The notes under the pieces: generated by a model
The model's database searches: none
Told to the model about the DNA's origin: nothing
Seen by the model: the letters and a program-made list of their open reading frames with translations, nothing else
Made by a program: the position numbers and the translations under genes
Part shown: piece after piece, positions 42,700-56,578 of the stretch
Position numbering within the stretch: position 1 is the stretch's first letter
Layout: each line of letters begins with the position of its first letter
Assembly: GCA_951406725.2 (NCBI GenBank)
Contig: OX597827.1
Location: 28,768,001-28,832,000 of the forward strand
From: Octopus vulgaris
Lineage: Eukaryota
Length of the DNA: 64,000 bases
Direction of reading: 5' to 3'

Positions 42700-43355
42700 T
42701 ATGATGTGCCATACTAATACACACACCAACTAATACATACTAATACGTACTAATACATACTAGTACATACTAATACTTACACCAACCCTATACATACACA
42801 CGTCCAGACCCCGCATACGCACTTATACTCTCTCACACACACACACACACACCTATACATACCAATACGTACTAATACATACTAATACATACTAATACAT
42901 ACACCAACCCCATACATACGCACGTCCAGACCAATCCTACGCACTAATACTCTCTCATACACACACACACACACACACACACACCCTTATACATACTAAT
43001 ACATACACCAACCCTATACATACACACATCCAGACCCCTCCCACGCACTATTAGCTGGTCCCTCAACCCTTTTATCAACCCTATTACCTCCCCTTATTTC
43101 GCTCTCGCGTCTCATGTTTGATCTTTGACCTCTGGCCGAAATCAGATCGCCATGTTGATTCGTTAGCTACTGCACGCATTTTTTTCTCTCCTTCTTTCTG
43201 TGTTTTTCTCTCTCTGTGTATCTTTCTGTTGAAGAGCGTAGGCTCGAAACGTTAAAGACTTGTTTTATTTATATTTCCTGAGCGCCATACTAATACAATT
43301 GTTCGTTTGTTTTCCACCTGCCTTCGTCTTTTGTTTATTTTCATAAAGCTTCCCG

Positions 43356-43356
<1 letters not shown>
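42700..43356 (+). mobile_element. PLE 3' UTR/pLTR (family related to 25276-26340) with variant HHR at 43221-43258
   Basis: UCUUU-CUGUUGA-A-GAGC guag GCUC-GAAACGUU-AAAGA. Last ~160 bp nearly identical to 61790-61952. Ends in (TA)n. Upstream ~120-bp tandem units. Confidence 0.75.
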
Positions 43357-43411
<55 letters not shown>

Positions 43412-43447
43412 TCATATATGCATGTATATACACATTATATCTATCTA

Positions 43448-43509
<62 letters not shown>

Positions 43510-43694
43510 AATAAGTTTAAATTTAAATTACTGCGGTGATATTTTAACCATATCTCACATGGAATTAAACGGCGAGCATTTTGAACTGGCCATGATGCAT
43601 ACGTGCATATATATATGTTTGTATACGTTCGTATATGTAAGTATTCGTATGTTGTATTTATATATATATGTATTTATGTTTCTTTTCTGTGTGT

Positions 43695-43753
43695 ATTCTA
43701 CTGATGAGGCAAAGCATTCCTAAATGCAAAGTCAGAAATCCGGGATCTAGAAT
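43695..43753 (+). ncRNA. Type I hammerhead ribozyme
   Basis: AUUCUA-CUGAUGA-GGC..GCAUU ccua AAUGC..GUC a-GAAA-UCC g GGA-UC-UAGAAU. Perfect 6-bp stem I. Lies between (TA)n tracts. Confidence 0.72.
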
Positions 43754-43904
43754 TATCCAGTAATTTTCTTACTAGTTTCATCTTGACAGTTTGTTTTCTC
43801 TCCGTGTTGCGATGTGGACAATTAAGGTGGTTTTGGAGTCAGATCATGGCTGCTATTTTCAGCATGGTGGTATCTCATAGATACCCTAATTTATAATTTT
43901 AATA

Positions 43905-43946
<42 letters not shown>

Positions 43947-44654
43947 TATATGGCACATCGTACATACGTGTGTGCGTGTGTGTGTGTGGTGTGTGTGTGC
44001 GTGTGTGTGTGCGTGCGTAAATATATATATAAAGATAAAAATTGCGCTTTTACCGGGGACCTGTATTCGTACTGATGTAAGATTTCAAAGCTGTTAAGCA
44101 TTATTACGTGAAGCAAGCTAGAATCCCGCAAGACACATGGAACAACCACCAAAACAAGACATGTTAATACTGGTAATGAATTCCGAGATGAGCTGTTATG
44201 TTAGTGTGTTGCTTATTAAATTTAGCGCAAGAAATAGTTATATCATAGCGGACATTTCTGTAATTTATTGAAGATTCGTTATTGCAACGGACATTTAACG
44301 GTCTTAATTCTATTGATGTCGGAAGCACACTCAATTATACTGTCAGTTTGACATTTTAGTAAGATGCATTTCCATTCAGCTTAGATGGATAACTATAATC
44401 GGTTTTTATACAGCAAAATCTCTCATTAATGATTAGAAACTTACCATTGATTACAGAAGCAAATGTTCTCATACATTAAAGTTTTTACTAAGAATTGCAT
44501 TTAAAACAACGAAGGGAAGCCTGGCTGCAGATTGATTAAAAATATTGATCCGAATGGTTATGTAATATCGAGCTCCGCCCTTTGTCTTTCAAGGTGGTAA
44601 TGAAAAAATGAAAAGCTATAAAGTTGTTGCTTTTGTCATGTGTATCTTAGACTA

Positions 44655-44955
44655 TGGTGAAGGCGTGGGACCTAGTAGTTTGTGTATTGGACTAAGGATC
44701 GCTCCATCATGGGTTCGATTTCCGGACCGGGTGATGTGTTGTGTTTTTGGGCTAAACACTTCATTTCACCTTGTCCCAGCCGACTCCGCTGTAAATGGGT
44801 CACACTCTCACGGACTACAACCTTATGCTCAGCGGAGAATGTCGGTCTGGTCGCCTAGCCATCAGGATGGTATTATTTAGTAGCTAAAACGATACGAAGT
44901 GCATTGTTACAAGCCTTGTGTAACAGCATCCTGTAGTCTTCGCGGTTCGGTGATA
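44655..44955 (+). mobile_element. Degenerate tRNA-derived SINE (family E)
   Basis: GGTGAAGGCGTGG..GGGTTCGATTTCCGGACCGG head followed by a CORE-like body. Confidence 0.6.
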
Positions 44956-44963
44956 TTAGACTA

Positions 44964-45002
<39 letters not shown>

Positions 45003-45729
45003 TAAAATTGATACAAAAATGACCTTGAAGATCACACACACACACGTATGTATACTGTAAGTGCGAATGTGTGTACACACTGACCAATTTCAGCTCTTTT
45101 AGTTTTAAGTCATTTTTTTTTACGTTTTGTCTGTTGTTTTCTTTGCTTTCTAAATAACAGTCTATTGATGGCGATTCGTTTGAATTCTTATCAAATATTT
45201 CCTACGAGAAACAATGGGAAATAGTGTCAATTCACCATGATTTCGTTTCTGGTTCAATCATACAAAGGGGAATATCCCAGAGAAGACTAAATATGCTGAA
45301 CAAATGAGCATGAGTTTTATATTAACTGATGGAGGCCCTTCAAAACGCACATACTGGTACGTTTACTCTACACCCGAACATAAATTGCCACTCAGTGCAA
45401 TTTCCATCATACGTATAATATAATATTATGGGTGTGTAGGCTACAATCTCTTTGCTGCATGGATAAATTTCGTATGGCGGGCGAATAAATTGTAGAATGA
45501 TTTATAAGGAGTTCATTCCATGTTAACTTCTGTCATTTCCAGGGGTGGTGTCAACGAACATGACACTCTGGTATTTATGGCTATCATACCAAATATATAT
45601 ACCGAAATAAGATTAAGATTAATGTAAAAAAATAAATAACACTGAAGCAAAGTAACACCAAATACATAGTGCATGTGTTTTTATTGGCTAAACTGGCAAA
45701 ATGACCATTCCGAAATATAATAATAATAA

Positions 45730-45821
<92 letters not shown>

Positions 45822-45936
45822 ACGTATGTATATATAATGTAAGGGTAAATAATTATCAATTTTAAAATCAACAATTATTTCCGGGTAGATACGGTATGGA
45901 AATATCACCATTATCGGTAGGAACTTTTTCAAAAAG

Positions 45937-45984
<48 letters not shown>

Positions 45985-45988
<4 letters not shown>

Positions 45989-46518
45989 GACAAGCAACAG
46001 GTTATTTGGCCACATACCGAAAAAATTAAAAATAGCAGTCAAAGACCGATTATTTCGATTTTCTACAAATATAACTCCACATATAACTTGTACATGTAAC
46101 TCACATATGTAAAACAGAAGGAAAATAACGAAAACAAAGTCTTCGGTCAGTTACGGACGCGTTTCTGGGTTAGAATTATAAATAAATTCATTCCCGTCCT
46201 CAGCGTAACGTTCCATTAGATAGATTTGGAATTGTTATTTACACACCTCTTGCTTCCCGACCTCGCGCCATCGGAGATAGCAGGAGATAGTCAACACAGG
46301 CGAAATACATATAGACGAATGGATTCGTATTTTCCCTCCAAATGAATTCGTATTTTCCCTTTGTTTTCGTTATTTTTATTTCTGTTTTACATATGTGAGT
46401 TACATGTATGTGTTATATGTGGAGTTATATTTGTAGAAAATAGAAATAAGCGGTCTTTGACTGCTATTTCTAATTTTTCGATATGTTGCTAAGCAACCTG
46501 TTGCTTGCCCTTTTTATT
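45985..46518 (-). mobile_element. Solo PLE pLTR with ~155-bp inverted arms, in (TA)n
   Basis: 45985-46140 is the inverted repeat of ~46360-46518. HHR lies in the spacer. Confidence 0.8.
46150..46209 (-). ncRNA. Canonical type I hammerhead ribozyme
   Basis: GUUACG-CUGAGGA-cGGG..GAAUU..AAUUC..CCCa-GAAA-CGC-GUC-CGUAAC. Palindromic ACGCGU. Confidence 0.82.
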
Positions 46519-46710
46519 TATTTGCATATATATATATATATACTATATAATGTATATGATTCATATATATTAAATATGTATATATATGTGTGTACGTGTG
46601 CATGTATGCATATATAGTGTATATATATATATACACATATATATATATATGTGTTTGTATTCTAGTGCACTATTGGATCAATCAAAATATTTTATTCTTT
46701 ATATATATAT

Positions 46711-47100
46711 GTTTTGAGACTTATTTGCACATAGAATGAAGTCTATGTGCTATCTCTCAGCAAATAGACGTTTAAATTCGTTGATCAAAAACCGACGTAG
46801 GTGTTCGCCGCAGTTTGTCCCTACAATCATAACATTCCAGTATTAAGCCGAACTTTTACACACACACGCGCGCGCGCACGTATGTATACTGTAAATGCGA
46901 ATGTGTGTACACACTGACCAATTTTAGCTCTTTTAGTTTTAAGTCATTTTTGTTTTACGTTTTGTCTGTTGTTTTCTTTGCTTTCTAAATAACAGTTTAT
47001 TGGTGGCTATTTGTTTGAATTCTTTATCAAATATTTCCTACGAGAAACAATGAGAAATAGTGTCAATTCACCATGATTTCGTTTCTTGTTCAATCCTACA
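46711..47100 (+). repeat. Local direct repeat, also at 48711-49045 and (partial) 45033-45262
   Basis: gttttgagacttatttgcacatagaatgaag... to ...aaatatttcctac, near-identical between copies. Confidence 0.9.
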
Positions 47101-48287
47101 CGAGACAGCCGAAATCTATGAAAAGTCTCTTAACACAAGCCCGAATACGCTCAACAACACAGAAGCCGTCAGTAAAAATATGTGGAAGACCCTATTGTGG
47201 GATATGCGATTATCTAATTGAGGGGTCAGAGTTCTCCTTCAAACAGGGACAACGTTTCACAGTGAAAAGCAACTTCACATGTGTTTCGGAGAACCTGATA
47301 TACACACCAACCTGCTCTGGCTGTCAAGAGCAATACATAGGCCAAACTAAAAATAGTCTACGTAAAAGAATGGCTCTGCACAGATGCCAGGTTAAAATTC
47401 CCCAAAACAGAAAAATAGCATTCAGCCAACACATCAATATTTGTTCCAACAACAAAAATCCAAGCTTCAGAATTTTTCCCCTCTACTAATTCAGGGACGA
47501 TACAACCTGGAGCCAGCGAATTAGTAAAGAAACTCTCTTTATTACAAAATACAGGGCCCTTCTGAACGCGTCTACGACAAACGATATATCCACCTCGGCC
47601 TTAGAATAGCACAAATATACACGCAAATATTAAAAATGATACACTCGAGAGATTCCCAAGAATTCATTAAAAAACAGTGCCAATCACTGCTATAATCCAT
47701 TAGGTGCCAATTTTAAGTCATTTAACACCTTACTACTTTCTACATTCATTCTTACTCTTTCTTCTTCTTCTTCTTCTTCTTCTTTTCCTTCTTCTTCTTC
47801 TTCTTCTTATCCTTCTTCTTCTTCTTTTTCTTCTTCTCCCTTCTCCTTCCTAACTTTATCACTAATGCTCTTTAGAATAACACCTACACAAATTCTGTAA
47901 ACAAAACAGTCTAAAGAAATATTTTCATGAATTGAACAGGGACTGCTACCAACCACTGACCATTCAAAATACTACTATCATGGCACTCCCAAATTATTAT
48001 TATTCTCCTCCTCCTCCTTCCTTTTTTTTTCTTCTTGTTTGCTACCAATAATTCACGAGGACCTCGAACCCACAAGAATAAAGAAGAGAGACAGAGACAG
48101 GCAGAAACAAGGAAAACGCCACTTGTATTTGAACACTATACAAATATTCTTTTAAAAACAACTTTTCTTTTAATTTTTCTAAATTTAATTATTTAATTGT
48201 TACTGATGAAATAGTCTCAATGACTGAAACCGGTAGTGAAATGTTTTTTATAAAATTATTTTAGCATTCTCTATCTTGACTTTTTTT

Positions 48288-48290
<3 letters not shown>
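47097..48290 (+). mobile_element. Penelope-like element 3' fragment (Neptune-like Cys linker + GIY-YIG, pLTR with HHR at ~48199-48240)
   Basis: RQPKSMKSLL..CGRPYCGIC..FTCVSENLIY..CSGC..YIGQT..LRKRMALH (ORF 47073-47489). CUGAUGA..AGUC ucaau GACU-GAAACCGGUA. Ends in (TA)n. Confidence 0.85.
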
Positions 48291-48360
<70 letters not shown>

Positions 48361-48407
48361 CATACATACATATATATATACGCATATATACACACACATA
48401 CACACAC

Positions 48408-48463
<56 letters not shown>

Positions 48464-49301
48464 GTATATGCATATATATATATATAGTACATACATATTG
48501 TATGTGTGTTGTTTAAACGCTTATTTACTGCGTGGAGTGTCCGGGGAAAGCTCCCTATACGACGCCGAGTGTTAAAGAACACCGAATATCCAGGTCAATA
48601 AGTGAGAATTCATTCCAAAGTGACCAAGAATGGTAGATACCGATATTTCGTCATTATTGTGAATTATCAATATCATTCACATGGATCACTTCAAAACAGA
48701 ATGAATCGCTGTTTTGAGACTTATTTGCACATAGAATGAAGTCTATGTGCTATCTTTCAGCAAATAGACGTTTAAATTCGTTGATCAAAAACCGACGTAG
48801 GTGTTCGCCGCAGTTTGTCCCTACAATTATAAAATTCCAGTATTAAGCCGAACTTTTACACACGCGCGCGCTCGCGCACGTATGGATACTGTAAGTGCGA
48901 ATGTGTGTACACACTGGCCAATTTTAGCTCTTTTAGTTTTAAGTCATTTTTGTTTTATGTTTTGTCTGTTGTTTTCTTTGCTTTCTAAATAACAGTTTAT
49001 TGGTGGCGATTCGTTTGAATTCTTTATCAAATATTTCCTACAAGAAAGAATAGGAATTGCGACAAGGAAAAACGTAGCAAAAGACCAAACAATACCGAAA
49101 TGTTTTGTCAAAATACCTAAATACAGAAACAGATATTTCTCTTATTTTTCCCTTTTCGTTATTACTTTTGTCTTAGTGGCGTATTTTCTTCTCGACCACC
49201 ATCATCATCATTATTATTATTATCATTCTTTCTTTTATTATTATTAATATCATTATTAATATAATTAATTTTATTACTATTGTTATTATTATTATTATTA
49301 T

Positions 49302-49342
<41 letters not shown>

Positions 49343-49501
49343 ATACTACTACTTCCACCACCGAATAAAAAGTATTTTGGCCTCAGTTTATTTTGTTTTG
49401 TTTTCACAGCTTTTTTTTACATTTCTCTCACTTTCTTCTTCTTCTCACCCTCGCACTCTCTTCTCTCTTTCTGTCTCTCTCGCTCCCTGAATATATAAGA
49501 A

Positions 49502-49534
<33 letters not shown>

Positions 49535-49579
49535 ACGCACACACCGATATATGCATATACACATATATATATATATATG

Positions 49580-49635
<56 letters not shown>

Positions 49636-49640
49636 TATAT

Positions 49641-49682
<42 letters not shown>

Positions 49683-49699
49683 GTATATGTATATGTATG

Positions 49700-49777
<78 letters not shown>

Positions 49778-50098
49778 TATACATATATATATACATATGA
49801 TCTCGTTCGTTAAATATAAATGTTTCTTTCTGGAAAGATCGATACTAGAACTGATAGCTAATCACGAAGACGGGAGAGAGAAGGAGGAGAAAGACGACAT
49901 AAAAAGTGAAGGAATTAGTAATAGAAAATAATTTATAATAAAATACAACTAAAAATAAAAATAAATAACTTTTGGCTTTAAAAAATAAATGTAACGATAT
50001 TGAAAACTCTTAGATGAAATTTCTATTCATATGAAGAGATCGATACCATCGAATACAATAAAGATAGAAAAGAAAAATTTAAACTCAGAATCAAAATG

Positions 50099-50177
<79 letters not shown>

Positions 50178-50478
50178 CTACAACAACTATAAAATAACGA
50201 TGATTGTGGAGAAACGTCACCGTCGTCACGAGCGGAGAATTAAACAAGAATCAAACCATTCGAACGGAAATCAAAATATAAAGGTGAAATAATTTGACAA
50301 AAGTCTAACGAGAAAAAAAGATGGCGTATTAAATAAAGAAAGACAGAAAGAAAAGTAAGGAAGAAAGAAAGAAAGAAGGAAAGAGAGAGAGAAAAAAGAA
50401 AGAAAGAAATGAAATTATATATAAATCATACAGAAAGAAATATTGAAAATGCTAGAGAATTTTTCTTTCTGTGTGTGA

Positions 50479-50535
<57 letters not shown>

Positions 50536-52754
50536 CATCATCATCATCATCATCATCACCGTCATCATCATCATCATCATTATTATTATTATTGTCATCA
50601 TCGTCATCATCATCATTAATATTTTCGTTATTATTGTTGTTGGTAACTTGTTGTTTTAGTGCTTGTCTTCTTTCTTCTTTTTTTTTGTTGTTATTTGTTG
50701 TATCTTTCTGTCAGGCAATCGACCCCATTGACGTATAAAATTTCATAAAATGTCTACGAGGGTAGTTTTGTGTTCGCTTGAGGGGCACGGAGCATGAACT
50801 GTTCACTAGAAAAACAGCAACTACTACCACAACTACTACTACTAATACTACTACTGCTACTACAAGATACCAAATAATTCAAACTTATCACGGATGAGAT
50901 ATATTGAAAAATAGACAATAAATAAATCTAGTCATACACTGACCTTTCTTTGACCTTTTGTATATTATGATGACATTGTTTTTGGTAGATTTCCGTATTA
51001 TAAAAGATGACCCGCGTGGTTAGGTGAATCTGTGACATTGTTTTCGATATTGGTTGTAACTATTTCACGTCTATTACGCCAATAATAAAACTGTGAAAGC
51101 ATGGATGTCACACAATCTCCTGTGTTTATTGTTATATCAGCAAGGTTTAGTCTGTCAAAGAAAACAATTGCTAATTAATCATTTAAGTTCATTAAGCTAA
51201 TAATGTTACGATACAGGACAATGTACGGCTTGTTTTCGCTCCTAGCAAAGCCCTAGGTTTTCGCTGAATATCTTGGGAAAACCTATAAAGCGGATAAACT
51301 TCTTTGTTGCCTACTTTCGCAAGAGGACAGCACTTTGGATGTAAGCGATTAATGGATTAGACTGAACTCAGTACTCAACAGGTATTTATTTTATAGAAAA
51401 ACTGTTGTGGCGGACTCTCACTAATAAATAGTGGACTGAAACACTCAATAGTGTCAGTCAGCGTACCTCGCTGACTGACACTACTGTTCGGGCCAGTCTC
51501 ACAGAGATGATGAAATACGTGGTCATAATGGGATACATCAAAAGCAAAATTAACCTCGGCAGTAGTTGAACTCAAAAAGCACAAAGAGCCAACAGATTTT
51601 CCGCTGGTCGTGCTAACGATTCTGTCAGCTCGCTGCTTTGTATATAGAAGACAAATAGATCGATATTTCGCATTCTACTGCTGTTATTGTGCTATGTTTA
51701 TGACCAGAACACTTACCTATTAAGTGGTTCAGTTTCGTAGTTACTATAAATCAAATACTAAATAAATAGTATACAAAGTTACTGCTGCAATCATGCAGAG
51801 CAATTGTTTCAATATTGAAATCAGTAAATATAACTTGACGAATTAGGACTTTTGGGAGACGGATGTGTTCTGCCAGCCTGAGTTGCCTCGAGTTACACAT
51901 AGCGAACGCCAGGATTTCTTTGGTGTTACTAAGATCATAATGTGTTGTTGGACATAACTAATATTTCGTAGTATAGTGAATGTCGAATGAAAGCGATTGG
52001 TTCACAATCACACAATTAAACTAAATAGTTTTCTGTGAGAATACAGTGGGTAGTTTTAACTCTCATCCTTCCAGATCGTACATTCAGAAGGCTGTGAAAA
52101 ACGCATCGATTTCTGTTGTCCTTTTTTCTTGCTCTTACTGAAGCGATGATTGACTGGACATATGATAAAAGGCTTTCTATGTCCATCCCGTTTTGTAGTT
52201 TTATTCAAACATAATTTATTTAGAAGAATATTATCCAGTGTGTTTCTGATCAGACAATACGGTGGTATCTGAAGTAAATATTACTACTATACCTCGCTGG
52301 CAAATCGACTATACAGAAACTCCTTCGTGGGTTCGAATATGAGCAAAATCAAGGTTGATTACAGACAAAAGGAACAAGATCTCTGCTCATATACATGATT
52401 TAGAAATTTTGGCTCAATCTGTAGAACAGATTGTTACACAGGTTTCTTAGTTCAAACAACACTTTCAATTTTCATACTTCTTTATCAATAAAAATAAATA
52501 GTAGACACGTACATTGGTCAAGCCTCACTGATTGTAAACAATCCTTCAATTATGTAGAATTGTTCCTAGTTTAGAATGCTTTATTACCGTCTTTTCCGGC
52601 ATATTAATCGATGGAGCATATAATGTAAACGTTGAGTGTAAACATTCAAACATCTTCACTTTCTTTCCAAACCTTGATGCATTTCACAAGATTTCTTTGA
52701 TCCCTCAAAGTCGTTGTAGTATATCATTCGATCTACTAATTTTGTGACAGTTTA

Positions 52755-53157
52755 AGGCGGCGAGCTGACAGAAACGCAAGCACGCCGGACGAAATGCTTA
52801 GCGGTATTGCGTTTGCCGTTATGTTCTGAGTTCAAATTCCGCCGAGGTCGACTTTGCCTTTCATCATTTCGAGGTCGATAAATTAAGTACCAGTTACGCA
52901 CTGGGGTCGATATAATCGACTTAATCCATTTGTCTGTCCTTGTTTGTCCCCTCTGTGTGTAACCCCTGGTTGGCAGTAAAGAAATAGAAATAGGTATTTC
53001 GTCTGTCTCTACGCTCTGAGTTCAAATTCCGCCGAGTTCGACTTTACCTTTCATCCTTTTGGGGTCGATAAATTAAGTACCATTTGCGTACTGGGATTGA
53101 TCTAATCGACTGGCCCCCTCCCTCAAAATTTCAGATCTAATGCCCAGAGTAGAAAAA
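52755..53157 (+). mobile_element. SINE family A dimer with TSD
   Basis: Same head and core as 29191. TSD-like ttttgtgacagt / ttttgtgactgt on the flanks. Confidence 0.85.
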
Positions 53158-54299
53158 AATTTTGTGACTGTAAATTTTGCTCTGAAAAGATTGAATTGTA
53201 TACCGGAAAATATGGTGCGGGAGCCACAAGGCAGGCGTCGCCGTTTGCGTTGAGCGGTGATGAAGAAATGGTCGAGAAATATTAAATAATTTGCAGAAAC
53301 AGGTTATCTCCCTTTACCATTTCAATAAAAATCCAGACAGAATCAACTTCGATTTTCATCCTTTGCAATCAATAGAATTGAGTAGCAAATGATTACTAGG
53401 GACAGTTAAATCGCCGATAACTTCTTCCAAAATATATCAAATTTTGTTCTTATCAAAAATAAATAATCTATAATCTGCGGCAGTTGTATGGTTGAAAAGT
53501 TTGTTTCGAGCCTTCATCAGTTGCTGGCTGTACTTTTACTTCTTATTTTGAGCATTTAAACAAGATAAGACTTTGAAGGCAGTTACTCCCGCGAACCGAA
53601 ATAAAAAAATTAAAAAAGGGATTTGCGGTGGGTCAAAGTTGGTAACAAAAACAGGACATACAACAAACGAAACGAAATGAATACAAACAAGGAGGACCGT
53701 TAGGCACAGACGAGTTAAAAATGGCGAACGCTTGAAGATTTTTTGATAAGAGTAAAGTGAGGAGACAGGTACAAATGCGTTCGAAGTGCGGAAGAGTTTG
53801 GGGAAAAGAAAGAAGATCACCTGAGGACAGGAAGGATGGACGATGGTCACGTGTGGGCAACGAGAGAGTGTAAAGGAGGAAGAAGGAGAAAGAGGGGGAC
53901 GGACAGATAGAAAATATTGAGGGGAGAAAAAAGAAACGAAAGAGAGCGGAGAGAGAGGAATCAGTAAAATAAAGAGTCGCATCGATGATATTAAGAAAAA
54001 ACTCACTTGGAAATGGATGCGTTGCGTTGTACTTACATATACCTATATATTGATACATACATTGTTGCAAGACCAGCGGAACGAACTACTGTCGTGCCTA
54101 GCGGACAGTTGTCGAGTACTGAAAGTAAGTCCCTGAAACAAGCTCTGGTCTACTGGTCCTGTTACACCTGGATGGGAGTGCATTTACCGATGAATCTAGG
54201 TTTATCAAGTTTGTGACTATATACACACATAAACACACACACGCACGCATACACACACACATACTTATCATTTATCTTTATAATCTCTTATGTTTATAT

Positions 54300-54620
54300 T
54301 TTTCTGCTTTGTAGGGATTTATTCGAAAATAACGACCCCAGTATATTTTTTTAAAGCCCCGTACTTATTTTATCGAATCTTTTGACGAACCGCTAAGTTA
54401 CCACACAAGCACAAGTTGTCAAGTGGTGCTGGGGGAGAAAGGCATGCACAAAGACATGCACACATATATATACCTATCCGACGGGCTTCTTACAGTTTCC
54501 ATTTACCAAATCCTCTCACAAGGCTTTGGTCGGCCCAAGGTTATTGTAGAAGACACTTGCCCAAAGTGATACTCCTTGGGAATGGACGCAGAATCATGTC
54601 TCTGCGAAGCAGATTTCTCA
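54300..54620 (-). mobile_element. SINE family B, degenerate
   Basis: gaaccgctaagtta..cgacgggcttct..aaggctttggtcggcc..gaagacacttgcccaa. Confidence 0.7.
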
Positions 54621-54959
54621 CCGCAAATATATTTATCCAAGATGCCCAACATCTGGATCGAACCGTGGTCCACACTGTTTCGAATACGTCTTGTTGACCA
54701 CACGTCTCTACGTGCATCTATACTGAGAAATCTAAAACAGTTTATGCAATTTAGTCCCTGCATTCTACTATTTCATCCTTTCATCGCTATTTAAATCATT
54801 GATAATGTTAAAGTCTGCTGAGCGCTGCTAATTGCTGGCCAATTTAAATATTTACTTTCAAGGCTACGCCTCTAGTCATGTGCATAATATTCGCCTTGTA
54901 GCATTATGTTAACCGCAACTTAATGGAAATTTGTATCGCATATAGATTTGCCGTACTTC

Positions 54960-55179
54960 ATATATCAGTGTGTGTGTGTGTCTGTGTGTGTATGTGTGTG
55001 CATATGCGTATATAAATATATAAATATGTACATATATATATACACAAACATATATACATATATATATACATGCATATATACACACATATATATAGGTATA
55101 TATATATATGCGTTGAAATATACATATATATATATACAAATAAATCTGTTTGTGTGCATATGTATGTATTAGGTATATG

Positions 55180-55219
<40 letters not shown>

Positions 55220-55222
55220 TAC

Positions 55223-55272
<50 letters not shown>

Positions 55273-55462
55273 TATATATGTACATATACACACACATATA
55301 TATATATATATATACACATACATACATACATACATACATACATATCTTTATATATATATGCGTAGAAATATGCATAGATAAAATATATATATATATATTT
55401 AAATAGAGCATATAAACGTGTATATATATATACACACATATATATATATAAGTATGTATACT

Positions 55463-55495
<33 letters not shown>

Positions 55496-56576
55496 GCCTG
55501 GGGTGCGGCCGGCCCCATATGCGTGCGTTGTGTGTGTGTGTGTTGTTGTGTGTGTGTGCGTGCATGTGTGTGTTGTGTGTGTATGCATACATACACACAT
55601 ACATGCATGCATGCACGCGAGCACACATACTTACCTACATACATACACGCACACACACTTACATACATACACACATGCATACATACACACATACACACAC
55701 ATACATACCTACGCACATACACACGTACACACACACACATACATACATACACAAGACATACATACATACAGACATACACCCATACACTCACACATACATA
55801 CATACACACACACATACATACATACACACCCACATACACACGCACACGCATACACACACATACATACACAACACATACATACATACAGACATACACCCAT
55901 ACACTCACACACACATACACACCCACATACACACGCATATATATACACACACACACGCATACATACATACATACATTACGCCCACACAACTCCAGAGGAA
56001 ACCCCCACGCACACACGCATACAGTCACACACACACACACATACGTACACACACATACATACATACATACATACATACTTTCATTCGTACATACCACATA
56101 CATACACACACACACAAACATACACATACACACACACATACATACATACACACATACATATACACATACATATATACACACACGCACACACACATACATA
56201 CACACACACATACACACATACATACATACACACGCATATACGCACATACACATATACATACACACATGCATACACACACATGCATACACACACATGCATA
56301 CACACACACATACATACGCACATGCATGCATACATACACACACACACATACACACATACACGCATGTACACTTACATACATGCATACATACATACACACA
56401 AACATACACGCATGCACACATACATACATACATGCATACATACATACACACAAACATACACGCATGCACACATACATACATACACACATACACACACACA
56501 CACACATACATACACATACACATACACTCATACGGACATACATACACACAGACATACACACCTACACACTCACACA
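54960..56576. repeat. Long compound (TA)n/(CA)n/(CATA)n microsatellite
   Basis: Direct observation. Source of several spurious long ORFs. Confidence 0.95.
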
Positions 56577-56578
56577 TA

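Noticed and set aside
53500-53525. Minus-strand CUGAUGAAGGCUCGAAAC
   Set aside because: Stem II is collapsed and there is no stem I/III partner; probably a truncated pLTR remnant, so it was not counted as a ribozyme.
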